Source: Pedobacter sp.
GTDB lineage: Bacteria > Bacteroidota > Bacteroidia > Sphingobacteriales > Sphingobacteriaceae
Assembly (NCBI GenBank): GCA_045629525.1
Contig: JAZQRH010000012.1
Coordinates: 24,023-88,022, forward strand
Reading direction: 5' to 3'
Length of the DNA: 64,000 nt
Part shown: one piece after another, positions 47,626 to 57,771 of the stretch
How positions within the stretch are numbered: the stretch's first letter is position 1
Layout of the letters: the number at the start of each line of letters is the position of its first letter
The notes under the pieces: generated by a model
The model's input: only the letters and a program-made list of their open reading frames with translations
Database searches by the model: none
Told to the model about the DNA's origin: nothing
Program-made: the position numbers and the translations under genes

Positions 47626-49518
47626 ATGATGCAAATCACGTCTTTTGAGCAGTATGAAGAAAGCTATAAAAAAAGTGTAGAGAACCCAGAACAATTTTGG
47701 GGAGAGATTGCTCAAAACTTTCAATGGCGTAAACCATGGTACAAAGTTTTATCATGGAATTTCGAAGAGCCTTCGATAAAATGGTTTGAAGGCGCTAAAT
47801 TGAATATCACAGAAAACTGCTTAGATAGGCATTTAGTGCATAATGCTGATAAGCCAGCAATTATTTGGGAGCCAAATAACCCAGACGAGGATACCGTAAC
47901 CTTAACCTATAAAATGCTGCACGAACGTGTTTGTCGTTTCGCTAATGTTTTAAAACGTAACGGAGCAAAAAAAGGCGATCGTATTTGTATATATATGCCG
48001 ATGGTACCTGAACTGGCTGTAGCTGTACTTGCGTGTGCCCGTATTGGAGCTGTTCATTCGGTAATATTTGGCGGGTTTTCTGCTAAATCTATTGCCGATC
48101 GAATTAACGACTCTGCCTGTAAATTAGTGGTAACGGCTGATGGTGTTTATCGTGGTGCTAAGCCCATTCCTTTGAAAGACGTCATTGACGATGCTTTAAT
48201 CGGATGTCCAACGGTTGAACGTGTTATCGTGCTCACACACGTACGTACGCCCGTAAGTATGTTAAAAGGTCGCGATGTATGGTGGGAAGATGAAGTAAAG
48301 CATGTTAACGCAGTTTGTGAGGCTGAAGAAATGGATGCAGAAGATTTGCTGTTTATTCTGTACACTTCGGGCTCCACAGGCAAACCTAAGGGCGTAGTAC
48401 ATACGTGTGGCGGTTATATGGTTTATGCGGGGTATACCTTTTCAAATGTATTCAATTACCAACCAGACGAGGTTTATTTTTGTACGGCAGATATCGGTTG
48501 GATTACCGGACATTCCTACATTGTATACGGCCCACTCTCTCAAGGTGCTACCTCGTTAATGTTCGAGGGCGTACCCACTTATCCAACGCCATCACGTTTT
48601 TGGGATATTGTAGAAAAACACAAAGTGAACATTTTATATACGGCGCCAACGGCAATCAGGTCACTGATGGGCTTTGGCGAAGAGCCGTTAGTGGGTAAGG
48701 ATTTAAGTTCTATCCGTGTATTAGGCTCGGTAGGTGAGCCGATAAATGAGGAAGCTTGGCATTGGTTCGATGAAAAAATAGGAGGCGGGAAGGCTCCGAT
48801 TGTTGATACTTGGTGGCAAACAGAAACCGGAGGGATCATGATCTCGCCCATTGCAACGGTTACCAAAACCAAACCTAGCTTTGCAACCTTGCCTTTACCA
48901 GGTATCCAACCCGTTTTAGTTGATGAGAATGGAGTAGAAATAGAAGGAAATGGCGTAGGTGGAAACCTCTGCATCAAGTTTCCTTGGCCTGGCATGTTAC
49001 GTACTACTTATGGAGATCATGAGCGTTGTCGCCAAACCTATTTTTCGACATACCCAGGCATGTATTTTACTGGCGATGGTTGTTTAAGAGATGAAGACGG
49101 CTATTATAGAATAACCGGTAGGGTAGATGACGTATTAAATGTATCAGGACATCGTATTGGTACTGCTGAGGTAGAAAATGCCATCAATATGCATGCGGGT
49201 GTGGTAGAAAGTGCTGTGGTGGGCTACCCTCATGATGTTAAGGGACAAGGTATTTATGCCTTCATTATTTATCCAAACCATCATCAAGATGCAGATTTAA
49301 CCAAGAAAGATATTTTGCAAACAGTTACCCGAGTGATTGGTGCTATCGCAAAACCTGATAAGATTTTATTTGTTTCAGGTTTGCCGAAAACCAGATCTGG
49401 TAAAATTATGAGGCGTATTTTAAGGAAAATTGCCGAGGGCGATGTTTCTAACTTAGGAGACACTTCTACTTTGTTAGATCCGACTGTAGTAGACGAAATT
49501 ATCGCGGCAATTAAATAG
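47626..49518 (+). CDS. acs: Acetyl-CoA synthetase
   Basis: YTSGSTGKPKG, DTWWQTETG, YFTGDG, GRVDDV.NVSGHR and PKTRSGKIMRR. Confidence 0.97.
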   Translation: MMQITSFEQYEESYKKSVENPEQFWGEIAQNFQWRKPWYKVLSWNFEEPSIKWFEGAKLNITENCLDRHLVHNADKPAIIWEPNNPDEDTVTLTYKMLHERVCRFANVLKRNGAKKGDRICIYMPMVPELAVAVLACARIGAVHSVIFGGFSAKSIADRINDSACKLVVTADGVYRGAKPIPLKDVIDDALIGCPTVERVIVLTHVRTPVSMLKGRDVWWEDEVKHVNAVCEAEEMDAEDLLFILYTSGSTGKPKGVVHTCGGYMVYAGYTFSNVFNYQPDEVYFCTADIGWITGHSYIVYGPLSQGATSLMFEGVPTYPTPSRFWDIVEKHKVNILYTAPTAIRSLMGFGEEPLVGKDLSSIRVLGSVGEPINEEAWHWFDEKIGGGKAPIVDTWWQTETGGIMISPIATVTKTKPSFATLPLPGIQPVLVDENGVEIEGNGVGGNLCIKFPWPGMLRTTYGDHERCRQTYFSTYPGMYFTGDGCLRDEDGYYRITGRVDDVLNVSGHRIGTAEVENAINMHAGVVESAVVGYPHDVKGQGIYAFIIYPNHHQDADLTKKDILQTVTRVIGAIAKPDKILFVSGLPKTRSGKIMRRILRKIAEGDVSNLGDTSTLLDPTVVDEIIAAIK

Positions 49519-49532
49519 TAATCCCCAAATGG

Positions 49533-49568
49533 AAAGGGTCAGTATAATTACTATACTGACCCTTTTTT
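49533..49568. terminator. Terminator between convergent acs and large exported protein gene
   Basis: AAAGGGTCAGTATA/TATACTGACCCTTT 14-bp stem plus T-tract. Confidence 0.85.
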
Positions 49569-49589
49569 ATGAAGGCAAATAATCTCAGG

Positions 49590-51956
49590 TTATTTTCTTT
49601 TAACCTCGAAAAATTTCTCTCCGTAAACTACATGTTTATCTGTTAAACCTTGTACCACCACTCTAAATTTCCCCATAATATCGGTAGTGTAAAAGTCAAC
49701 GCTTACTTCTTTTTCTTTGTTTATGCGTAAGCCGTAATCCCAAAATATAGTGCTTAAGTAAGCTGGCTCTTGTGGGTCTTTGTAACTATCCACATAAAAT
49801 TCCTTATGCAAGTGTATGCCCTCGGTTTTGAAATAGATGTTTTCGTCAGTAATATTACAGCCTGGATAAGCTCTATTAATACCGTTAATTCTGTAAATTT
49901 TACCCGGAATGGGTTGTGTAATGTTGGGATCACCATAATGGTTAACGCAATTGAATACATTGAACGGACACACAAAATCTCCACAAGCATTTCTTCCTCT
50001 AAGTCCTTTCCCTGAGGTATTCTTTCCCGAAATTGTCACCTCTTGTAGCCGAATAGATTTTTCACTCGATTTTACGAACAAATCTGCATTGTTTTCTAAA
50101 GGTGCTGGGATCTCTCTTTGAGTAGCGTTCGGATTTAATGCTAATTGTTTAGTTGTAGTTAAAAGTTGGTTGTCTACACCAAACTTAAGAGACGCTTCTT
50201 CTCCTTTGGTTAAGAAGAAAAACAGTTTTTTTCCTGCAGTTGTGAAAAGTTCGCGAGTGTTGTAATCAAAAATACCTTGTTCGTCGGTAGTTACTAGCTG
50301 AATCCTGTCGTTCCCCATGGCACCAATAGAAACGGATTTCTTTGGCGGCTTGTTGGCTTTTGTTAATCGACCAATAATTTGTAGGTTGCTGAGGTGTTGA
50401 ACGGTGTCAGTTGGCTTAATGTTAGTAAAGTCACTCCAAGTATATCTTCTCCATCCTTTCACCAAAAGGAGTTGTTCCAAATAGTTTTGGTTATCAATTA
50501 CGCTGCCTTTCTCGTTATTCGGGAAATTGGCAAGTATGTTGCTTAAAAAAGTATAACTTTCTATGTCGGTCATTTTACTCGGCTCAATTCTCGCATCTTG
50601 TACCACCGCTACAGAAACTAATCCTTCATTACCTCCGCTCGCCAGTTTAAGTTTCAAATTAACTTTCTCTCTGAGGCCATAGGAAGCTTTATCTGTTGCT
50701 ATATTTATTTTTTCAGCGTTATCGTAATGCGCAAAGAATACACGTTCCGCTAAAGGTCGTTCTTCAGCATCGGTAATGGTAATACTTGCCAAACCTTTAG
50801 GTAATTCAGCCAAGGGGATTTTGAAAGTGCGCAGGCCAGGTTGTAGCGTCAGTTTAGTGTACAAAAAGCCAGTGCTGTAGTTGTGAATGCGCAAGTTTAC
50901 CTCTTGAGCTGCCTTTGCTCTGATATTTATGGCTAGTGTATCTTTTGCGATCGCTTTTGGGATGTTTAACACCAAACCTGTTGCTTTAGCTTTCGGAAGC
51001 GCAAAAACAGTATCTTTCAAGTTTGTTCCTTTAACTTTGAAAGTATATGTAGCGCCATCCTCAACAAAAAACTTAAATGAGCCTAAGCCATATGTATTTG
51101 TTGAAATGGCTGAGTCTACAGGCACATCATTTTTTAACAGGTAAGCTTTGGTGGCAATTGCGGTGTGCTGATGATTTCGAACCTCTAAACCTACGTTATT
51201 GATGATGCCCGTGACTAAATTCCCACCTTCTGGATAAAATTTAACCGAAGGAGTGCCTTTTGGTTGTGGGACAGACATGTTTAGAGATGTGCTTTCTTTT
51301 TCGTTGTTTAACGTTACATAAACTCTAGGATCTGCTAGACTGGCACCCGCGGGAAGTGAAAGAATGGCTTGTCCTGAATTATCTGTTTTTACTACGTTCT
51401 TGATATTGCCGTATCTGTAGGTAACGTCTAATGGTTTAGGTAAAAATCTGTTATCGGCGGTGGTGGCTATTACCAACACTTTAGTACCTTTTGCGTTGTT
51501 TTCCAATATTTTCAAGCTAGCTTTAAAAGCGGGTTCTAATACCGATTTAACACTTATGTTTTGCGTGAAAGTAACTTCGGGTTTGCCGTTAATCTGGAAA
51601 TCAGTGATGGCTTGCAATCTGTATTGCCCTGGCTGTATCGAATCCGGTAGGATTAAGCTGCCATATGAGAAACCACTTTGCATTACAAAACGATCTTCGA
51701 GCAGCGTTTCATTGTTGCTGTTATTAATTAACGCCACCGACATTAGTTTGTGTCGATTAATATTCGACGAACTAATTAAATAACCGGTAAACCAAATCGT
51801 CTCATTACTGGAATACACGTTTTTATCGAAATGTACAAATAGGTTGGTGGTATTTTTTGCCTTCGCATACAATACGAATCGATCGGTTAACGGATCCTGT
51901 GCCAAAACATTTAGCGCAACAATGCCTAAAATAAATGAAAATAGTAGTTTATTCAT
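49590..51956 (-). CDS. Large exported protein of the Bacteroidota MG2/macroglobulin-like hypothetical family
   Basis: Signal peptide; LFVHFDK.VY...ETIWFTGY, F.PEGG.LV, LAERVFF, I.TDK.SY..REKV, LLL.KGWRRY.W, and C-terminal TIFW..V.FYTTDI.GKFRVVVQG. Confidence 0.7.
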   Translation of the reverse strand: MNKLLFSFILGIVALNVLAQDPLTDRFVLYAKAKNTTNLFVHFDKNVYSSNETIWFTGYLISSSNINRHKLMSVALINNSNNETLLEDRFVMQSGFSYGSLILPDSIQPGQYRLQAITDFQINGKPEVTFTQNISVKSVLEPAFKASLKILENNAKGTKVLVIATTADNRFLPKPLDVTYRYGNIKNVVKTDNSGQAILSLPAGASLADPRVYVTLNNEKESTSLNMSVPQPKGTPSVKFYPEGGNLVTGIINNVGLEVRNHQHTAIATKAYLLKNDVPVDSAISTNTYGLGSFKFFVEDGATYTFKVKGTNLKDTVFALPKAKATGLVLNIPKAIAKDTLAINIRAKAAQEVNLRIHNYSTGFLYTKLTLQPGLRTFKIPLAELPKGLASITITDAEERPLAERVFFAHYDNAEKINIATDKASYGLREKVNLKLKLASGGNEGLVSVAVVQDARIEPSKMTDIESYTFLSNILANFPNNEKGSVIDNQNYLEQLLLVKGWRRYTWSDFTNIKPTDTVQHLSNLQIIGRLTKANKPPKKSVSIGAMGNDRIQLVTTDEQGIFDYNTRELFTTAGKKLFFFLTKGEEASLKFGVDNQLLTTTKQLALNPNATQREIPAPLENNADLFVKSSEKSIRLQEVTISGKNTSGKGLRGRNACGDFVCPFNVFNCVNHYGDPNITQPIPGKIYRINGINRAYPGCNITDENIYFKTEGIHLHKEFYVDSYKDPQEPAYLSTIFWDYGLRINKEKEVSVDFYTTDIMGKFRVVVQGLTDKHVVYGEKFFEVKRK

Positions 51957-52110
51957 GAGTTTGGTTCCAAGTATTATAACATATAGACTGTTACAATCGC
52001 TTAAAGGGTTACAAGCAGTCTGTATTTTTTTAAAACTAAATGGAATAGTTGGAAAAAGCTAATTAGAGGATACTGTTTTATAAGATTAATAAATGACAGC
52101 TTGCAAGTAT

Positions 52111-52137
52111 AAAAAAAAAGACCCGTAATGGGTCTTT
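52111..52137 (-). terminator. Terminator after M16 peptidase
   Basis: AAAGACCC-gtaat-GGGTCTTT with an A9 tract. Confidence 0.75.
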
Positions 52138-52158
52138 CTCAAAATATATTTAGCGGTT

Positions 52159-55098
52159 TTAATAGCCAAAAATTTCTTCTAAACTTAAGTTGGTCACTTC
52201 TCCAAACTTAGCCATATCCTCTTGTTTCACTTTTTTATCAGAAGCAACAATTAGATACGTGTAAGGCTTACTAGCTAATTTTTCTTGATGAAATTTGTTA
52301 ATATCGTCTAAGGTTAGATTTTTCGCTTCCTTGTATACATCAATTCTAGAGTCATAATCGTAACCTAGCTTTCTATCAGCAAAGTAATTATAGAAGATCC
52401 TGTCTTTCACTATCCTTTCGGAATCGTAATTGCTAATGATGTTGTTTTTAGCCACTTCAAATCCTTTTTCGCTTTTAGGCAAGACGTTGAGCAATTCATT
52501 CATTGCTGCCACTGCATCATTCATTTTGTCAGCCTGGCTACCCACATAAGCTATTACACTGTACTGCTTGCTATCCTTATCAGGTGACACATAGCTGGCA
52601 AAAGTACTGTAAGCTAATGCCTTAGATTCTCTAATAGTTTGAAAAACAACCGAGCCCATCCCAGCGCCAAAATAATTATTAAAGCCCTCTATCAGAGCGC
52701 TCTCTTTTTTATTATAAAGTCCGGTATTTCTCAACCAACGTATTTCCGATTGTACCATATCGTAGTTGGCGAAATACACCTTGTTGCTATCTTGCGTTGC
52801 ATATTTGTAATCTACAATAGGTGCCGCTGGGGTAAATTCTTTCGGAAGGCGGTGGTATTTCTGTACATTCGCGGTAAAGTCACCTATATCTTGAGGACCA
52901 AAGTAGGTAATCACGTGTTCGTAATTAGATAAGTTTTTAATTAAGGCAATTAGGTCTTCTGCTTTAATGTTTTTGATGTCTTCATTGCTTAACACATTGT
53001 TAAATGGATTCACTTTGCCGTACTGCGCATAAGACGTTAGGCCGTTCATGATACTACCTTTGTTCAATTTTGCATTTTCACGGCCTTTTAAAATGGAGCT
53101 TTTCAATTCTGCCAAGGCCTTCTCATTAACCACTACGTTCGAGAAAATATGCTCGACCAATGAAGTAGCTTGATCAAAGTTCTCCTGTAAGCCGCTAATA
53201 CTTAAGGTGGTGGTTTCGCTGCCAACGTTTAAGGTGTAGGTACAAGCAATGTTATAAAATTGTTTGCTTAATTCTTCCGTACTGTACTTATCTGTCCCTA
53301 AAAAGGTTAAATAGCTTGCGGCGTAAGGCAAAAGTTTATAATTGTTACTTCCTAAATCTTTAAATCTATAAGTCATTCTGAAGATAGGATTTTCGGTGTT
53401 TTTGATACTTAACACTTCTGCAATCCCAGCTTTTCCGAAGGTGATATCTTTTTTATAATCTAAGAATTTTGGGGTTAGTGGTTTTACTGGGGATTCGATG
53501 ATGTTCTTTGCGAATGGAGAAGTTGATCCAGCATTTGGATTAATTGGAGTGATGGTTGGTTTCTCTACTTTCACCACATTTTTGTCTTCTCCTTTTCTTT
53601 TGTAACCCACTATGTAGTTGTCATTGAAGAAATTTTTTGCGAAGGCAACAACTTGCGCTTTTGTTACTTTTGCTAACTCATCATTTTCGTTCAACTCCCT
53701 ATCCCAACCGGTTCCTCTATTCATTACAAAGACATTAGAAAGATATTCAACTCTGTTAAAGTTTTCATCAAATGTTTGTAAAAAGCTTAATTTCTTATTC
53801 GCAACAATAGCTTTAATCAAGGTGTCATCAAATTTTCCTTGTTTAAGTAATGCTATCTGTTCAAGAAGAAGTTTTTCTACATCTTCTAAGCTTTGTCCCT
53901 GTTTTGGTTGGCCAGACAAAATGAAAACACCATAATCTTTCATCTGTCTTACGTAGGCTGCACCACGCAAAAGCTTTTGTTGCTTATTGATGTTGATATC
54001 GATCAAGCCGGCTTTTCCATTACTCAAAATACTGCTTATTAATGATAGCAGTAAAGCATCTTTACTGTTTTCGGCAAATCCGCGATAGTAGATGTTAAGC
54101 GACTCGGCATTCGGGCCTAAAACCTCCACTTTTTGAGTTTTAGTTAAAGCCTTTTCTGGTGCAGGTTGATAAACAGTAAGCGGTTTGTTTACCATAAAAC
54201 CAAAAGCTTTGTCTATCTTCTTTATCATTTCATCAGGATTCAGATCGCCTGCCAAAATTAATGCCATATTGTTTGGCACATAATATTTGTTGTAGTAATT
54301 TCTAATTTCTACTAGTGATGGATTTTTAAGGTGTTCAATCTCTCCAATAGTGGTTTGCTGTCCGTAATTATGGGTTGGAAACAACAACTTCATCATTGCT
54401 TCATCCAGCTTTCCACCATCGTTATCTAAACTTCTATTTTTTTCTTCGTATACCGCCTCTAGTTCTGTATGGAAAATACGGAATATTGGATTGCGAAAAC
54501 GTTCTGCTTGTATGGCTAAGAATTTGTCGGTAGCATTTGATGGGAAATCTTCCTTATAAACGGTTTCCTCATACCAAGTGTGTGCATTTGTACTGTTACT
54601 CCCAATACTTTGCATCATTTTGTCGTACTCGTTGGCAATAGAGTGATTGGAAGCTTCTCCTGAAACCTTATCAATTTCTTTGTAAATTTCCTTACGCTGA
54701 GCAGGGTCGGTAGTTTTATTGTACTTCTCGTAAAGCGCATCAATTTTTGCCAGCAAAGGTTTTTCCATCTCCCAATTTTGCGTGCCAAATTTATCTGTGC
54801 CTTTAAATAAAACGTGCTCCAAGTAGTGGGCCAAACCTGTAGCGTGTTTAGGGTCGGTATTACTTCCCGCTCTAACGGTCATTCTATACTCCACCTTAGG
54901 TTCCTTGGTATTAGGAGAGAGTATTACAGTTAATCCATTTTTCAACGTGTAAAATCTGGATTTTGATGGATCGTTATTTACATACTTGTACGTATAGCCT
55001 CCCGAAGTAGCAGTTTTCCATTGGTAAGTTGGAGTTTGCGCCACTAAAATCGAACTCGCAAATAGCAGGCAAGTCAGAAAAAATAATTTTGTTTTCAT
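52159..55098 (-). CDS. M16 (pitrilysin/insulinase) zinc peptidase, exported
   Basis: TGLAHYLEH (inverted HxxEH), NAHT..E.T.Y, V.EE; tandem M16 domains; start at ATG 55098 supported by a -7 element at 55120-55127. Confidence 0.93.
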   Translation of the reverse strand: MKTKLFFLTCLLFASSILVAQTPTYQWKTATSGGYTYKYVNNDPSKSRFYTLKNGLTVILSPNTKEPKVEYRMTVRAGSNTDPKHATGLAHYLEHVLFKGTDKFGTQNWEMEKPLLAKIDALYEKYNKTTDPAQRKEIYKEIDKVSGEASNHSIANEYDKMMQSIGSNSTNAHTWYEETVYKEDFPSNATDKFLAIQAERFRNPIFRIFHTELEAVYEEKNRSLDNDGGKLDEAMMKLLFPTHNYGQQTTIGEIEHLKNPSLVEIRNYYNKYYVPNNMALILAGDLNPDEMIKKIDKAFGFMVNKPLTVYQPAPEKALTKTQKVEVLGPNAESLNIYYRGFAENSKDALLLSLISSILSNGKAGLIDININKQQKLLRGAAYVRQMKDYGVFILSGQPKQGQSLEDVEKLLLEQIALLKQGKFDDTLIKAIVANKKLSFLQTFDENFNRVEYLSNVFVMNRGTGWDRELNENDELAKVTKAQVVAFAKNFFNDNYIVGYKRKGEDKNVVKVEKPTITPINPNAGSTSPFAKNIIESPVKPLTPKFLDYKKDITFGKAGIAEVLSIKNTENPIFRMTYRFKDLGSNNYKLLPYAASYLTFLGTDKYSTEELSKQFYNIACTYTLNVGSETTTLSISGLQENFDQATSLVEHIFSNVVVNEKALAELKSSILKGRENAKLNKGSIMNGLTSYAQYGKVNPFNNVLSNEDIKNIKAEDLIALIKNLSNYEHVITYFGPQDIGDFTANVQKYHRLPKEFTPAAPIVDYKYATQDSNKVYFANYDMVQSEIRWLRNTGLYNKKESALIEGFNNYFGAGMGSVVFQTIRESKALAYSTFASYVSPDKDSKQYSVIAYVGSQADKMNDAVAAMNELLNVLPKSEKGFEVAKNNIISNYDSERIVKDRIFYNYFADRKLGYDYDSRIDVYKEAKNLTLDDINKFHQEKLASKPYTYLIVASDKKVKQEDMAKFGEVTNLSLEEIFGY

Positions 55099-55119
55099 AA
55101 AATAATGAGTTATATATTT

Positions 55120-55127
55120 CAAATATA
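55120..55127 (-). promoter_or_regulatory. -7 element of M16 peptidase promoter
   Basis: TATATTTG on the minus strand, 21 nt upstream of ATG 55098. Confidence 0.6.
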
Positions 55128-55210
55128 CATAGTTAGATGTATTAAAACTATAGTCGCCAGTAATTAAGTCAATACTTGAGTACTACTATAATTTCTCGTA
55201 TTTTTATACC

Positions 55211-56038
55211 ATGAAACAACAGCAAAAGCCAACTATCTTAGTCGTTAACGACGACGGAATTACTGCTCCAGGAATTAAAGCTTTAATTGAGGTAATGCAA
55301 GAACTAGGAGATGTTACTGTAGTGGCACCCGATGGACCACAATCTGGTATGGGGCATGCCATTACCATCGGTAAGCCGCTGCGCTTCGACAAGGTGCAGC
55401 TCTATCCAAATGTAGAGATGTACAAATGTTCGGGTACTCCGGTTGATTGTGTTAAATTAGCCGTAAACAAGGTTTTTAAAGGCAAAAAACCTGATTTATG
55501 TGTTTCAGGCATTAACCACGGTTTAAATAACTCTATCAATGTGATTTATTCGGGTACCATGTCGGCTGCCGTTGAAGGCGCTATTGAGAAAATTCCTTCT
55601 ATCGGGTTCTCTTTAGATGATTTTTCGCACGATGCTGATTTCTCACATTGCAAGAAATTCATCAAGCAAATAGCACTTCAGGTATTGGCAAACGGTTTGC
55701 CAGAGGCGACTTTGTTAAACGTTAATTTTCCTAAAGGAGATGGAATTAAGGGTATTAAGATTTGCAGACAAGCTAACGCTAAATGGGCGGAAGAGTTTGA
55801 TGAGCGCAAAGATCCATACAGCAGACCGTATTATTGGTTAACTGGCGTATTTGAAAATCATGATAATGGTCACGATACCGATGTTTGGGCCTTGGAAAAT
55901 GGTTATGCCTCTATCGTTCCTGTTCAGTTTGATTTGACTGCACACCACGCCATACAACTTTTAAATTCTTGGAACTTTGATGGGGCGAAACCGGAAGCCG
56001 GAAAAGCGATTGCAGCAGACGGAACAAACTTAGGATAG
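55211..56038 (+). CDS. surE: 5'/3'-nucleotidase SurE
   Basis: ILVVNDDGI.APGI, QSGMGHAIT, GTPVDCV, SGINHG.N and YSGT..AA.EG. Confidence 0.96.
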   Translation: MKQQQKPTILVVNDDGITAPGIKALIEVMQELGDVTVVAPDGPQSGMGHAITIGKPLRFDKVQLYPNVEMYKCSGTPVDCVKLAVNKVFKGKKPDLCVSGINHGLNNSINVIYSGTMSAAVEGAIEKIPSIGFSLDDFSHDADFSHCKKFIKQIALQVLANGLPEATLLNVNFPKGDGIKGIKICRQANAKWAEEFDERKDPYSRPYYWLTGVFENHDNGHDTDVWALENGYASIVPVQFDLTAHHAIQLLNSWNFDGAKPEAGKAIAADGTNLG

Positions 56039-56041
56039 TAC

Positions 56042-56320
56042 ATGGCGCCTTTTTCTAAGATCGAAGATCGAATGTTGTATGGATTGGCTATTGGGTTAAT
56101 CACACCAGGGGTATTGGGACTGCTAGCTTGGTATATTATGCATAACGTTGCCGCATTAAAAGAAGCAGACTTGTTGCTTATTGCCTGTGTGGCTGCTAAT
56201 TTTCTTTGGGTAAAGTACTTCTTTAAAATCAGCAAAGAGAATATCGGAAGAGGAATTGTAAGTGCAACTTTTTTATACGCTTTTTCTTTTTTCTTTTACA
56301 AAGTGATGCAGGAAATTTAA
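56042..56320 (+). CDS. Small membrane protein (three TMs)
   Basis: 92-aa hydrophobic ORF tightly packed between surE and lpxB. Confidence 0.7.
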   Translation: MAPFSKIEDRMLYGLAIGLITPGVLGLLAWYIMHNVAALKEADLLLIACVAANFLWVKYFFKISKENIGRGIVSATFLYAFSFFFYKVMQEI

Positions 56321-56336
56321 ACCAAATTAATTTTAG

Positions 56337-57440
56337 ATGAAGTTTTATTTAGTAGCAGGCGAAGCATCAGGCGATTTACACGGTGCCAATTTAATGAAGG
56401 CGCTAAAATCCAAAAGCCCAGACCTCGATTTTAGGTATTTTGGTGGCGATAAAATGCAGGCCGAGGGTGGAACTTTGGTTAAACACTATGCCGATATGGC
56501 ATTTATGGGTTTTACCGAAGTAGTGATGAATTTGCGCACAATTTTCAAAAATATGTCGGCATGCAAGGCTGATATATTAGCTTTTAAACCCGATGCTTTG
56601 ATTTTGATTGATTTTCCGGGTTTTAACATGAAGATTGCAGAATTTGCGAAAAAAAACGGGATTAAGGTTTTTTACTATATTTCTCCTAAAGTTTGGGCAT
56701 GGAACCAAAAGCGGGTGCTTAAAATCAAGAAGGTTGTAGATCACATGTTTTGCATTTTACCTTTTGAAGTCTCTTTTTATAAAGAATGGGGTATGGATGT
56801 AGACTATATCGGAAACCCACTGTTAGACGCTGTAGCCGCATACGCTCCAAATCCGGATTTTAGAGCTACACTGGGCTTAAGTTCGCAAAAAATCATCGCC
56901 CTTTTACCTGGAAGTAGAAAGCAAGAAATAGAAAGATTGCTTCCTGAAATGTTAAAGGTTCTCCCGTTTTTTGCTGATTATCAATTTGTAATTGCTGCGG
57001 CACCTACTTTTTCGGAAGGGTTTTACCATCAGTTTACTGCAGGAAGAAATATCCCATTGGTGTTTAACGCCACCTACGATTTGTTGAATGTTGCTCATAC
57101 CGCTGTGGTTGCCTCTGGCACTGCCACGTTAGAGACGGCATTGTTCAAAGTGCCGCAAGTAGTGGTTTATAAAGGCGGTGCAATATCTATCACTATTGCC
57201 AAACTACTCGTTAAAATTCGTTTTATTTCGCTGGTAAACCTCATTGTAAACAGAAAGGTTGTTACCGAATTGATTCAGGAAGATTGTAATTCGAATAACA
57301 TTACTCAGGAGCTCGCTGCGATCAATGCAGGCGAGGGCCGAGAAAACATGCTCAGAGATTATAACGAACTGTTAAAAATAATGGGCGAGCCCGGAGCTTC
57401 CAATTTTGCAGCTAACTTGATGCTTAAATACGTAAAGTGA
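56337..57440 (+). CDS. lpxB: Lipid-A-disaccharide synthase
   Basis: AGEASGDLHG, IDFPGFN, YYISPKVWAW, LPFE, LLPGSRKQE and SGTATLE. Confidence 0.96.
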   Translation: MKFYLVAGEASGDLHGANLMKALKSKSPDLDFRYFGGDKMQAEGGTLVKHYADMAFMGFTEVVMNLRTIFKNMSACKADILAFKPDALILIDFPGFNMKIAEFAKKNGIKVFYYISPKVWAWNQKRVLKIKKVVDHMFCILPFEVSFYKEWGMDVDYIGNPLLDAVAAYAPNPDFRATLGLSSQKIIALLPGSRKQEIERLLPEMLKVLPFFADYQFVIAAAPTFSEGFYHQFTAGRNIPLVFNATYDLLNVAHTAVVASGTATLETALFKVPQVVVYKGGAISITIAKLLVKIRFISLVNLIVNRKVVTELIQEDCNSNNITQELAAINAGEGRENMLRDYNELLKIMGEPGASNFAANLMLKYVK

Positions 57441-57552
57441 TATACCTAAGTGTAGGTATTGTTAGCCTGCTTAAGCTTAATTATTTTTGTCGCACTAGAA
57501 TAAGTTCAAAAAGTAATTTTTATTATTTTACTTAGGCTATGTTATTGTGTTT

Positions 57553-57580
57553 GGGAAGACTGGATGGTCTTCCCTTTTTT
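57553..57580 (+). terminator. Terminator after lpxB
   Basis: GGGAAGAC-tggatg-GTCTTCCC-TTTTTT. Confidence 0.8.
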
Positions 57581-57629
57581 ATTTTATACTTGCAGAATAA
57601 TTAAAAATAGCTATTTTTGAAAACCATTA

Positions 57630-57703
57630 GGGGGATTAGCTCATTTGGCTAGAGCGCTTCGCTGGCAGTGAAGAGGTGATCGGTTCGAATCCGATATTCT
57701 CCA
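57630..57703 (+). tRNA. tRNA-Ala(GGC)
   Basis: Acceptor GGGGGAT/ATTCTCC with G3:U70 Ala identity pair; anticodon arm CTTCG-cTGGCag-TGAAG; T-loop GGTTCGAATCC; CCA not encoded. Confidence 0.96.
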
Positions 57704-57707
57704 CAAT

Positions 57708-57740
57708 AAAAAAGCAACCGAAAAGGTTGCTTTTTTTGTT
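57708..57740. terminator. Bidirectional terminator between tRNA-Ala and desaturase
   Basis: AAAAAAGCAACC-gaaaa-GGTTGCTTTTTTT. Confidence 0.85.
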
Positions 57741-57771
57741 TGATAAACTTTTTTGTGTTTGGTTCAATGGG

